A stretch of DNA of 53,527 nucleotides from a virus: positions 1 to 53,527 of IMG/VR virus record IMGVR_UViG_3300044252_000008. One strand, 5' to 3'. Positions 1 to 8,884 of the stretch are shown here, in pieces. The notes under the pieces were generated by a model. It saw only the letters and a list, made by a program, of their open reading frames with translations. It had not been told where the DNA came from and searched no databases. Position 1 is the first letter of the stretch. Every line of letters begins with the position of its first letter. The position numbers were made by a program, and so were the translations under genes.

Positions 1-127
1 ACATGCTGGTCCTCGGCGCCTGTCACAGCGTATGGCGTAGGCATCAGCCCTGACCCCAGTGCCGTGCCTGGAAGCCACTGGTACTGCGATGGCCCTTGAC
101 GTACCGTGGCCCACTCACGCCAGGGTG
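1..127. repeat. Terminal direct repeat, copy 1 (identical to 53401..53527). It closes the window into a 53,400-bp circle.
   Basis: Direct comparison of the printed lines: bases 1-127 equal bases 53401-53527 with no mismatch. Confidence 0.95.
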
Positions 128-2113
128 GCCGCCCGTGTCGAAGCGGTAGCCATTGGCGAAGTGGATGAACACATGCCCTGCGTGGTACCACACCGTATGT
201 TCCTCGCCCTCTCCGCCGCGGCCCCAGTTGCTGAACATCCCCGACGTGCGTGTCGTGGATAGGTCGTCCCACATGCCAGCCTTGTAGAGCGCCAGGCTGG
301 TGGAGCTACTACAGTCCAGCGGCCCGTGCACACTCATGCCACTGATGGCAGGCCCATGCCCACCGCCGTACACGTACGAGCGATCGAACGTCTTACAGAT
401 ACTAATCAGCTTCTCGGTCTTGCTGCCGCTGTCCGGGTCAGTGTGGTCGCTGCCACCACCCGTGCTGGCCCGCGTGACCTTCTCACTAGCAGGTTCCATC
501 TTGGCCCTGCCAGGCTGCTTCAGGTTCACTTCCGCCACAGGCTTGAACCAATCACGGTGGATGGACCCCACGAGCCAGCGACCGTCGGGGAAGCCCCAGC
601 CATCCAACTCCACCACACTACCGGGCGGGGCACCCCAACGGTCCAGCGTTACAGATAGGCTGCACTCACTGATGGGCCTGCCCCAGTCTACGTCGTACGA
701 CAGGTCTAAGATAGTGTTGTCGTCCGGCCGGAAGGTGTAGCGGATGCGCCGGTTGTACAGCTGCTCTTCGCTCATGAAATACACGGCCTGGCCAACGATG
801 AAGAAACGCCAGCCCACTTCCTCAGCCAGCCGCGTGATGCTGGCGTACGCGCTCTCTCCGCTCTTGCGGCTGTACTGGTAACTCTTGATGTAGCTGCCAC
901 CGCCACTGCTACCACCCTCAGGGCTACCACCCGCACCAGCCCAATGACGCAGCAGTTCCTTAGCGGCACGCTCGGTCTTGTCGTAACGCTCGGGGAACCC
1001 ACTGCCCTGGATTGTCTGTGCGATCTTACCTGCCGACCAGTCGGGGTGCGCCTTGGCTAGATCCACTGCACCCTTGCCACCTTCAGCGCCAGTCCACGAG
1101 GGTCCTTTGAGAAAGCGGCCCACGCACCACTCGATGTCCGTGGCCTTGGCGCCGTGCATGTTGCGCCGCACCTGTAAGATGCCCTGGCTGTCCCTGTCGC
1201 CACTAGCTGCGTTAGACCACTGGTTCTCTATGTTGCACGCTTCCACCAGCGCCAGCCGCGGCTTGGGCTTGTCAGTAATCTCGTCAGCAGCGTTCAGGAC
1301 AATGACAGCGTTGCGCCGCTTGTCACCTGTGATGGGATAGAATGATCCATTGGCGTCTTGCCCGCGCAGCCTGGAGTTCGGGCTGAAGCCGCCGTCCCCA
1401 CCACTGCCGCCGCTGGTGGCCTTGGTGCTGGTGCTGCCGGTGCTGTCCGGCCTGTCGATGGGCTGCTTCACCATCAACTCAGGACAGATGAACGGTGGCC
1501 GCATGCTCTTTACTTCGCGCAGCTGGCTGAGTACGAACTGGGCACGCGTGACTTTCTTACGGCTGGCCTTCCTGGCCCCGTACTTTCGCTTCAGCAGGTA
1601 CACGATCTCATCTTCGAATGTGAGCGTGGCCTTCTGGTCCAGGTGGCTGTACGACACCTTGACCAGCCGGAAGCTGGCTCCGTCCAGGTGCACCTCTGCT
1701 GCGCGGCCCCGCCTGTACGGTGGGCTGATGGGGTCCCACGCCTCATCGATGTCCACAGGCTTCAGCCGCTCCTTCTTGATGGCCCTGCGCTGTGCAGGTG
1801 TTAGCCGACTAGTGGTGTAGCGGCCGGTGCGCCCACTTGAGAACAGTGTGCGGCGTGGGTCAGATACCACGATGGTAAGCACACTGGGGCCGTCCATGTT
1901 GCGCTCCAACACCACAGATTCGGCAGCATTCAAGATGTCCAGCCCACGCACCGCTGGGTCCAGCCAGCGCAGGTCAATGTGGTCCAGGCTCAGCCGTGGC
2001 GCCAAGCCCACCTTCTCCCAGCGCTCCCACTGCTTCCGCCTGCGCCACGTGCTGGCACGCCAGCGGTACTCGTCGTCCTTGCGGGCCTTCCTCTTAGGGC
2101 TGGTCTTAGGCAT
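44..2113 (-). CDS. Baseplate hub / tail-associated lysin with lytic-transglycosylase-like and NlpC/P60-like domains
   Basis: 689-aa ORF. Its ATG shares one base with the upstream stop (TGATG, 2111-2115). Central ACNIENQWSN..DSQGILQV resembles the SLT Glu/GLxQ motifs. C-terminal YVYGGGHG..GPLDCSSS..HAGHVFIHF resembles the NlpC/P60 Cys-His pair. It follows the tape measure and LysM genes, like Mu gp44 / P2 gpD hubs. Confidence 0.7.
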   Translation of the reverse strand: MPKTSPKRKARKDDEYRWRASTWRRRKQWERWEKVGLAPRLSLDHIDLRWLDPAVRGLDILNAAESVVLERNMDGPSVLTIVVSDPRRTLFSSGRTGRYTTSRLTPAQRRAIKKERLKPVDIDEAWDPISPPYRRGRAAEVHLDGASFRLVKVSYSHLDQKATLTFEDEIVYLLKRKYGARKASRKKVTRAQFVLSQLREVKSMRPPFICPELMVKQPIDRPDSTGSTSTKATSGGSGGDGGFSPNSRLRGQDANGSFYPITGDKRRNAVIVLNAADEITDKPKPRLALVEACNIENQWSNAASGDRDSQGILQVRRNMHGAKATDIEWCVGRFLKGPSWTGAEGGKGAVDLAKAHPDWSAGKIAQTIQGSGFPERYDKTERAAKELLRHWAGAGGSPEGGSSGGGSYIKSYQYSRKSGESAYASITRLAEEVGWRFFIVGQAVYFMSEEQLYNRRIRYTFRPDDNTILDLSYDVDWGRPISECSLSVTLDRWGAPPGSVVELDGWGFPDGRWLVGSIHRDWFKPVAEVNLKQPGRAKMEPASEKVTRASTGGGSDHTDPDSGSKTEKLISICKTFDRSYVYGGGHGPAISGMSVHGPLDCSSSTSLALYKAGMWDDLSTTRTSGMFSNWGRGGEGEEHTVWYHAGHVFIHFANGYRFDTGGHPGVSGPRYVKGHRSTSGFQARHWGQG

Positions 2114-2880
2114 CAGTGGTGACCCTTGCGGTGCGGCTTGGCCTTGCGGTGCTTCTTCGGGTGGTCAAGTATGGTCACGTTGATCTTAGCGCCCACATGG
2201 AACGGCGTGCCCTTGTGTGGCTGCTGGTTGGCCCGCTTGATCACACCCTTGCGGTTCACCTCGCGGATGTCTTTCCAGTCACCCCTGCGATGCTTGGCGA
2301 TCTTGGCCGGTGTGTCACCCTTCTTCACTGTGTACACCACCGTGCGCGGCCTGGCCCTGCCCAGCGCACCGCGGCGCAGGCTATCGTACTCGGGCGGCTG
2401 GTACTCCAGAAAGGTGATGGTCGCCAGCTGGCGGATGCGGTGCATATCCACTTTGCGCCGGATGACATCGCCCCAGTCGATGTTCTGTATTACCCACCTG
2501 TCAGCAGGCAGGCCGGGCACCCCATCGATATACACGATGCCAGGCACGTGGTCAGCTGTGCCACGAGCGCAGTCCACAAGCGTGCGGATATTGTGTTCAA
2601 TGGCATCTTCCTCTGACAGGTCCCTGCTGCCCATCAGTATGTTCAGTGTCAGTTCCGCTGGCGGCACACCCGTCCACACTGTCATGCCGATGGCCCGTGG
2701 GCGCTGGGTGGTCTCCCACCCACCAAACCCAGCAGACAGCACAGGTGGATCTGGCCCCATGCGACAGTTCAGGTTCAGCGGTGGGTTCAGGCAGTGCAGG
2801 TTCACCCAGCCCGGCCCCGTGTCCTGCTCACGGTACCGCTGCCGCGTGGCCCCGCCGTACCCGCGCAGTGACACAGGCAT
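2113..2880 (-). CDS. LysM-domain tail/baseplate protein
   Basis: 255 aa. C-terminal YTVKKGDTPAKIAKH..WKDIREVN is LysM-like. The ATG directly abuts the tape-measure stop (TAGATG), and the gene sits between tape measure and hub. Confidence 0.65.
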   Translation of the reverse strand: MPVSLRGYGGATRQRYREQDTGPGWVNLHCLNPPLNLNCRMGPDPPVLSAGFGGWETTQRPRAIGMTVWTGVPPAELTLNILMGSRDLSEEDAIEHNIRTLVDCARGTADHVPGIVYIDGVPGLPADRWVIQNIDWGDVIRRKVDMHRIRQLATITFLEYQPPEYDSLRRGALGRARPRTVVYTVKKGDTPAKIAKHRRGDWKDIREVNRKGVIKRANQQPHKGTPFHVGAKINVTILDHPKKHRKAKPHRKGHH

Positions 2881-5028
2881 CTACACTGCCCTCCCCTTGC
2901 GTGCCGCTTGGTCTGTGCTGTACTGCCCCACGGCCAGCGCGATCTGTCGTCTGTCAAGGAACACCGGCACCTCGATGGTGAACGCGCCGCCACCCTGCGC
3001 CAGCGGCTGCACCACAGCCGCCTGCGGCAGGCTCACTAGCTCGGGGCCGCGCTCCCCCACCAGCGCCGTGCCGCCACGCATGATGGTGCCGCCTTCAGCC
3101 AGCGCCGGGATGGTGAAGCCCACGCTCTTACCCAACACCTTGAACTCCACCCTGTCACCGAACGGGGTGTTGGCGTTCAACCAGTCTGCCAGCCCGCGGC
3201 CCAAGCCCGCAACGAAGTCACCGGCATGGAAGATGCCACTGATGAAGGTCTTGATCTTACCGAACCAGGACTTGACGGAGTTGTACACCGACTTGGCGCC
3301 TTCCTTGATCCTGTCCCAGTGTTTGATGACCATGCCCACGGCCAGGCCGATGGGGCCAGCGATGATGCCCAGCAGCAGCGGCCAGTTCTTCTTCACCCAG
3401 TTGAACGCATCCATGGCAGCCCGCTTCACCCACCGGAAGGCGGCATCTACGATCGTACGGAATGTCTCGCTCTTCTTGTACGCCAGGATCAGCCCCGCCA
3501 CCAGCAGCATGATGCCCGTCACAACCAGCATGATGGGGTTGGCACGCATGGCAATATTCAACAGCCACTGCGCCGCGGCCCATGCCTTGGTGGCTGCTGA
3601 GCTAGCCAGCGTCGCGATCTTGCTGGCAATGGTCGCGGCCGTGTAGCGGATGGTTCCGATGAGACCCATCTGCTGTGTGGCGTTCTGCTGTGTCATGGCG
3701 ATGGCCTGCGCCTCGGTGGCACCGGCCGCGGCTGTGTCGGCCCCGGTCTGGAGCATGCGCGCGGTGCGGTACGCGAGCACCTGCGTGACCAGCTGCGCCA
3801 TGGTGGTGGTCATGCGCACACTCTCGATGGCCAGCGTGCCGAATGTGCTTAGCAGCCCACCCATCATCTTGTTCGCCAGCATGCCAGCAGCCGTCAGTGC
3901 CAGCAGGCCACCCACAGCCTGCGGCGCACCTGGCAGGCCCATCAGCTTATTGAACAACCCGACGATAGTGAACAGCACCGCTGCGAACGGCTGGGCAACT
4001 GATGACAGCGTGCCGAAGAACGTGGCCCAGTCGAAGCCCCTGACGTTCTTGCGCATGGTGCCAAGGAAGTCTGCCGCTGTCTTGAGGACAGCAGCCAGGT
4101 CCGCACCCTTGCCAGCCGCACCCGTAAGGGTCTCGATCATGGCTTTCAACCCACCCTGCTTCCCTGCCTTCACCAACTGGTTGGTGATCTTGATCAACCA
4201 CGGGAACACCTTGGCCTGCAACCACTTGAACAGCGGCTGCACTGCTGTACCAAGGATCATGTTCAGGTTGTCTTTGATGGTAGACAGCATGCCCGTGAAC
4301 GTCTTGGACTGAGCAGACATACTGCCCTTGTACCGCTTCTCCATACCCGTCAGGATGGCGGCCACAGCCTTGTCCGCGCCCAGTGCACCCTTCTGCATCT
4401 TGTCCGTCAGCTGTGCACCAGTTAGGCCCAGTTCCTTCTGCAGGATCTTGAACGCCGGGATGTTGCGCTCGGCGATCTGCTGTAGCTCCTCCGCGCTCGC
4501 CTTCCCCTTGTTCTGCATCTGGGTGAGCGCGGTGACCACGCCCATCACATCCTCAGGCGCACCACCCACAGCCGCCACAGCGTCACCCACACTGCGCATG
4601 GATGGGATGACAGACTTGGCACTGTTGCCCACACCCACCCAGCGCTGTGCGGCACTCACCAGCTGCGCCTGCTCGAACGGCGTCTCGGCCGCGAATTTCT
4701 GCAACCGGCCCATCATCTTCTCAGCTTCATCCTGGCTGCCCAGCAGGCCCTTGAATGACACAGTGGCCTGTTCCATCCCTGCGTTGTACTTCAGGCCCAT
4801 CACGGTGGCAGCCGTACCAGCCGCAGCCAAGCCCACGGCTGCCGTCTTGGCCGCTGACTTGATACGCGGACCCCAGGTGCCACCCTTCTTCGACATCTCT
4901 TCGCCCTGCACGGCCGTCTGGTCAGCCGCGTCTCCGATGCCTTTGACATCCTTGCTGGCCTGCTGTGCGTCACGGCTGAACTGACGCTGGCCTTCCAGGC
5001 GCAGGCGGGCGATGATGGTGTCAGCCAT
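2881..5028 (-). CDS. Tail tape measure protein
   Basis: 715 aa, Ala/Gly/Met/Leu-rich with several hydrophobic segments. It lies directly after the chaperone pair and before the baseplate genes. It is the largest structural ORF apart from the portal. Confidence 0.85.
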   Translation of the reverse strand: MADTIIARLRLEGQRQFSRDAQQASKDVKGIGDAADQTAVQGEEMSKKGGTWGPRIKSAAKTAAVGLAAAGTAATVMGLKYNAGMEQATVSFKGLLGSQDEAEKMMGRLQKFAAETPFEQAQLVSAAQRWVGVGNSAKSVIPSMRSVGDAVAAVGGAPEDVMGVVTALTQMQNKGKASAEELQQIAERNIPAFKILQKELGLTGAQLTDKMQKGALGADKAVAAILTGMEKRYKGSMSAQSKTFTGMLSTIKDNLNMILGTAVQPLFKWLQAKVFPWLIKITNQLVKAGKQGGLKAMIETLTGAAGKGADLAAVLKTAADFLGTMRKNVRGFDWATFFGTLSSVAQPFAAVLFTIVGLFNKLMGLPGAPQAVGGLLALTAAGMLANKMMGGLLSTFGTLAIESVRMTTTMAQLVTQVLAYRTARMLQTGADTAAAGATEAQAIAMTQQNATQQMGLIGTIRYTAATIASKIATLASSAATKAWAAAQWLLNIAMRANPIMLVVTGIMLLVAGLILAYKKSETFRTIVDAAFRWVKRAAMDAFNWVKKNWPLLLGIIAGPIGLAVGMVIKHWDRIKEGAKSVYNSVKSWFGKIKTFISGIFHAGDFVAGLGRGLADWLNANTPFGDRVEFKVLGKSVGFTIPALAEGGTIMRGGTALVGERGPELVSLPQAAVVQPLAQGGGAFTIEVPVFLDRRQIALAVGQYSTDQAARKGRAV

Positions 5029-5194
5029 TACTTCTTCTTCTTATTGGCGTCGGCCACCAGCTTGTGCACCCGCTCGCAAACCTCGAGAAGCAGCATGCGC
5101 TCATCCTCATCCGCATGTAGTACATGGTGTGGGTCGATGCCAGCGAGTGCACACATAGCCAGTCGGTTCACCCAGCCGCGACCTAGTCTTCCCC
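5028..5194 (-). CDS. -1-frame extension ORF after the tail chaperone (putative gpT part of a G/GT frameshift pair)
   Basis: Hand translation: the -1 frame is open from about 5225 through the chaperone stop (TAG 5183-5185) to TAA 5028-5030. That TAA overlaps the tape-measure ATG (TAATG). The frame ends ..ERVHKLVADANKKKK. It is below the ORF-track size cut-off. Confidence 0.35.
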
Positions 5195-5737
5195 CACCGA
5201 TTGTTCGGGCTCCTCGGTGGGGTCCTGCATCCAGCTTGCCAGTTCGTCACCGTGCGTGGCGATCATGGCGCCGTTGTGCCCGAACAGCGTTTCGATCACC
5301 TCATGGCTTGTCATGCGCACACCCTCCGGCCGAGGCAGGTCCAGCAGCACAGCCAGCCGGTGCTCCAGCTTGACAGGGCCGTCTACGTCTGCCAGCACTT
5401 CCTCCTCGCCATCGAAGCGGCCCACCACAGCCACACAGGCGCGGGCCATCATGTCCATGGTGGCTGCGGTGGCGCTGATGTCCTTGATGTTCACACCCTG
5501 GCGGGCAGCCACGAACTTGTCCATCTGCGCCGGGGCCAGCGGCTTATACCGGATGTACAGGCTCTTGAACTCCCCACCCACCAGGAGAGTGGTGGTCTTG
5601 CTGCGCTGCTGGGCCTGTGCCTGCGCGCGCAGCCTGGCCACGATGCTACCGGGCATCGGCTCCTGCACGACGGGCACAGGCTCTCCCATACCGTCCAGCG
5701 TCTCTTGTGGCCCGTGCAGTGTTACGCGTTCAGCCAT
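5183..5737 (-). CDS. Tail assembly chaperone (gpG-like)
   Basis: 184 aa from ATG 5737, which overlaps the tube stop (TGATG). Acidic C-terminus. Canonical slot between tube and tape measure. The longer 345-aa track ORF is an upstream shadow. Confidence 0.6.
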   Translation of the reverse strand: MAERVTLHGPQETLDGMGEPVPVVQEPMPGSIVARLRAQAQAQQRSKTTTLLVGGEFKSLYIRYKPLAPAQMDKFVAARQGVNIKDISATAATMDMMARACVAVVGRFDGEEEVLADVDGPVKLEHRLAVLLDLPRPEGVRMTSHEVIETLFGHNGAMIATHGDELASWMQDPTEEPEQSVGED

Positions 5738-6153
5738 CAGCTCACCGTGTCGATCGTGAACTCCATTTCCACGCGGGCCTCGTCCGACCCCGTGCTGTCC
5801 GGCTCCGGTGGCGTCACAGCCTTGAGCGTACCGCTGTACGTGAGCACCTTGCCCTGTGGGTTCTTGTAGATGTCCATGGCCTGTTGGCCGATGGTGCCAC
5901 GGGCGCTGCCCGCCTTGGCCATCCATGTGCTCATCTTGGGCCAGTCCCGCGCCCAGTCGCAGTACCGGCTGATGGTGACGTTGCCCAGCGTCTTGCGGCC
6001 ACCCATGCTGATCTCGTCCACCATGCCACCGGGCGGGTACTTCAGCTCCTCCGAGTCTGCCTCGCCACCCTCCTTCTGATCCCAGATGCCCTCGTCGGTC
6101 CCGTCCAGCATCAGTGTCACTGTCCAGGTGTCTTCGCGCGTTGGCGCTGCCAT
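5737..6153 (-). CDS. Tail tube protein
   Basis: 138 aa. SD AGAGAGGGG upstream. Immediately downstream of the sheath gene. Confidence 0.65.
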   Translation of the reverse strand: MAAPTREDTWTVTLMLDGTDEGIWDQKEGGEADSEELKYPPGGMVDEISMGGRKTLGNVTISRYCDWARDWPKMSTWMAKAGSARGTIGQQAMDIYKNPQGKVLTYSGTLKAVTPPEPDSTGSDEARVEMEFTIDTVS

Positions 6154-6171
6154 GAGTTCTCAACCCCTCTC

Positions 6172-7596
6172 TTACACCTGCCGCGTGGGCGGCACCTTGA
6201 CGATGTCCAGGGTCACCCATTCGGCGATCCTGCTGGTCTTCAGGCGCACCGTGGCGTGGATCTCGCCAGCCGCGGCTGTCTGCACTGTGTTCACTCCGGG
6301 GTACGACGTGTCCACCGAGAAGGCCTCGCTGGCCAACTCACCGAACAGCGCGTTGGCCTGCCAGTACCGCTGGCAGATGCCGGTGAGCGCGGCGGCCACG
6401 CGCACGAAGATCTTGCCCCGGCCGTCGATGGTCTGCAACACGAACTCCTCCATGGCGGCACCGCACTCGTGTGCCACACCCATCACCACACGGCTCTCCT
6501 GCCAGAACACCCAGTTGGGTTCGTTCAGCCCGGCCGCCGTGCGGTAGCCGTACGTGCGCAGCTGCCCGTTCACCATCTTGCCCAGCGAGATGCCCGCGTA
6601 GTTCATGTCCTCACGCTGGGCGTCTGTCCAGTTGCGCTTCACCCCGAGCGCCAGGCGGCTGATGCCGTTGGTCCCGGCCGCCACTGCGCTGGGGTCGCCG
6701 CCTGCGTCGGCACGTGCCACCAGACCCATCTGTAGGCCACTGTACGGCACTTCCCACACGACGCCAGGTGTTTCCCCAGGGTACGTGGGCACGTCGCCCA
6801 GGGCCAGCAGCTGGCGGGCACCCTTGCCCGCCGCGGCCAGCGTGGCGATGGTGGTCTTCAGCAGGTTATTGTCTGCTGTGTCCGGCAGGTCCACGATGCC
6901 GACGCGGTGGTTGGCCTCGCAGTGCGCCGCCAGCGCCGCGTGCTGTTCCGGGTCCCGGCTGCCAGGGATGGCCACCTGCCCAGGCCCGTACGCGTAGCCG
7001 ATGGTGTTGAGCGCGGCAAGGATCTCGGCGTCTGTTGGCGCCGCGCCGTTGGCGCCTGCCGTCAGGGCCAGGATGGCAGTGGCCGCCGTGTCCGCCAGGT
7101 ACGTGGTACCCAGGCTGGTCGGCGTCACGATGCTGCTGTTCCACCCAGCCACGTCCGCACCCTGCATCGGCGAGGACTGCTCCTTGAGAACGCCGGACTC
7201 CTTGACGCTGACGATGAACGTGACAGGGTTGGTGCCGTTCTGCGGGTCGATCTCCACAGACAGGTTGTTCCCGTACGTGCCGGGACCCTTGGCGTCGAAC
7301 CGCACCCAGCCCGCCTGCGTGGCGCTGGCCGCCACTGCGCCTGTGCCCGCGGCACGAATGACGTACAGGAACAGCCCGCCCTCGTTGAAGAAGGTGTAAG
7401 CCGCCTTGTACATGTCCGAGCCGCCAGCCAGGCTGCCGAACTTGTCCTTGTAGCTTCGGAAGGACGTGACCAGCGTCGGCAAGCCTGCCGGGCCACGCTC
7501 TGTCACACCAACGATGAAGCCAGTGCCGGTGTTGATAGCTGCGCCGCTGGGCGCAACATCATCCACCACATTGACTGTCACTCCTGGTCTGGGCAC
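6172..7596 (-). CDS. Contractile tail sheath protein
   Basis: 474 aa. The N-terminus PGVTVNVVDD..INTGTGFIVG..TSFRSYKDKFG is typical of phage sheath proteins. The tube gene follows. Confidence 0.9.
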   Translation of the reverse strand: MPRPGVTVNVVDDVAPSGAAINTGTGFIVGVTERGPAGLPTLVTSFRSYKDKFGSLAGGSDMYKAAYTFFNEGGLFLYVIRAAGTGAVAASATQAGWVRFDAKGPGTYGNNLSVEIDPQNGTNPVTFIVSVKESGVLKEQSSPMQGADVAGWNSSIVTPTSLGTTYLADTAATAILALTAGANGAAPTDAEILAALNTIGYAYGPGQVAIPGSRDPEQHAALAAHCEANHRVGIVDLPDTADNNLLKTTIATLAAAGKGARQLLALGDVPTYPGETPGVVWEVPYSGLQMGLVARADAGGDPSAVAAGTNGISRLALGVKRNWTDAQREDMNYAGISLGKMVNGQLRTYGYRTAAGLNEPNWVFWQESRVVMGVAHECGAAMEEFVLQTIDGRGKIFVRVAAALTGICQRYWQANALFGELASEAFSVDTSYPGVNTVQTAAAGEIHATVRLKTSRIAEWVTLDIVKVPPTRQV

Positions 7597-8253
7597 TTAG
7601 CCCTCCTCCTGTGTTGGTACCTTGTCGATGGATGGATGCACTGTCAGGGCCACCGGCCATACCGGCCTGTCAGGTGGCGGATCCACTTCCGGCTCTGGCG
7701 GCCAGTGTGGCTCGATCGGTCCCTCACCCCACTGCGCAGCGCCATCCGTCACCAACTGGAAGCGGCAGGCACTGATGCAAGTGGTGCGGTCATCCTCGCT
7801 GTCCAGCACTGACTGCGGTGTCTCGCCACGCCAGTCTGTCATGCCGATGATGCCGTCGTCGTCACGTTGCTGGATGAGCGCCAGGCGCAGCGCCAGGATG
7901 TGCATACGGGCCAGCGTGAGTGCGCGTGGCGTGGCGTTGGTGCGGCTGCCCTTGGCCACCACCTGCACGCCGAAGTCCATCTCCCACATGGCCAGGTAGA
8001 TGCTGTCCCCATGCTTGACTGGTGGCTCTGTCACCCCGCGGTTCACCAGCATGACGCCGGGCAGCTGGTCCTCCGGCATGCGGGCTATCTCGCTGGTCAC
8101 ACGCCAGCTGCGGATAGGTTGCAAGTGCTCCGGCGCCATGCCCGCCTCGCGGCTCACCTCATGCTGGTATGTGGGCATCCACTTCCACAGCAGCTGTAGC
8201 ACCGCCGCTTCCACGTGGTGTGCGCCGACGAACTGACCGAACATCAGCGTCAT
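7597..8253 (-). CDS. Neck / tail-terminator-type structural protein
   Basis: 218 aa. ATGA overlap with the upstream gene, and its stop abuts the sheath ATG. The call is positional only. Confidence 0.45.
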   Translation of the reverse strand: MTLMFGQFVGAHHVEAAVLQLLWKWMPTYQHEVSREAGMAPEHLQPIRSWRVTSEIARMPEDQLPGVMLVNRGVTEPPVKHGDSIYLAMWEMDFGVQVVAKGSRTNATPRALTLARMHILALRLALIQQRDDDGIIGMTDWRGETPQSVLDSEDDRTTCISACRFQLVTDGAAQWGEGPIEPHWPPEPEVDPPPDRPVWPVALTVHPSIDKVPTQEEG

Positions 8254-8690
8254 ATCATTTCCTCTATGAGGTACCGCTGTATGATCTTCACTGTCTCCCG
8301 CTTCTCGTTCTCTGTCAGGCGCATGGGCCGGGCAGCCATGCGTGACGTACCAGCCTGATGGAACGCACCTGGCACAGCAGGCGCCACCACAGTCATCTCA
8401 CTGTCGGTGGTGTGCGTGGTCAGCTCGGTGGTAAGGGCCTTCCGATATTCCCCGCTGCGCGTCAGGATGGGGCCGGGCGGGTAGCCCTGCGCGATGCGGC
8501 TGCGGATGGTGCTGGCCTTGAGCGGCGCCCAGGCTGGCCCCTGCTGTGCGAAGTTGCGCTCAAAGCACTTGGCCAGGTGGTCTTCCACGGCATCCCACAC
8601 CGGGCTCATGTTGCCCACCACCTCGCCTGACCAGCGCAGCAGCTTGCGGCTGACCAGTTCGTCGCCATACAGATCGATATCCACCCTCAC
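8250..8690 (-). CDS. Virion morphogenesis / tail-completion protein (Mu gpG-like)
   Basis: 146 aa. GTG start in a GTGA overlap. ..FERNFAQQGPAWAPLKASTIRSR..GPILTRSGEYRKAL.. resembles the phage virion morphogenesis family. Confidence 0.55.
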   Translation of the reverse strand: MRVDIDLYGDELVSRKLLRWSGEVVGNMSPVWDAVEDHLAKCFERNFAQQGPAWAPLKASTIRSRIAQGYPPGPILTRSGEYRKALTTELTTHTTDSEMTVVAPAVPGAFHQAGTSRMAARPMRLTENEKRETVKIIQRYLIEEMI

Positions 8691-8884
8691 GACGGCCTCC
8701 TGCGCCGTGGCGCGGGCCAGGGCCGTCGTACAGGCGCCTGTGGGGCCGCCTGCCGGGCGCTACGGGCGCCAGGCGGCCCAGCGGCCAGGCAAGGCCCCGC
8801 ACGGGCGCAGGCGGCCCTGTAGGCCCGTCGTAGGCGCCGCACCCAGGTGCGCACCTGCCAGGTGGCGAAGCCCTTGGCTACCAC
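8687..8884 (-). CDS. Small Arg-rich ORF, coupled at both ends (uncertain)
   Basis: 65 aa from GTG 8884, which overlaps the upstream TAG. Its TGA overlaps the next GTG (GTGA 8687-8690). GC3 is high, but another frame is also GC3-rich. The sequence carries GC-rich repeat units like those in the early intergenic regions. Confidence 0.3.
   Translation of the reverse strand: MVAKGFATWQVRTWVRRLRRAYRAACARAGPCLAAGPPGARSARQAAPQAPVRRPWPAPRRRRPS

Noticed and set aside
1-127. The terminal repeat as prophage att sites or transposon ends.
   Set aside because: The repeat lies inside a coupled structural operon (the hub stop and spike start overlap). There is no integrase or transposase and no flanking host DNA. 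It is best explained by circular closure of the assembly.
2126-3646. Long plus-strand ORFs: this 506-aa one, and also 40119..42236 (705 aa), 42556..44235 (559 aa), 16338..17480 (380 aa) and 5617..6735 (372 aa).
   Set aside because: Each is antisense to a well-supported minus-strand gene (tape measure, SNF2, the DUF2786/DUF6011 genes, the secreted proteins, sheath/tube). Each translates to Arg/Ala/Gly/Pro/His-rich low-complexity sequence and lacks an SD. These are typical shadow ORFs of GC-rich DNA.
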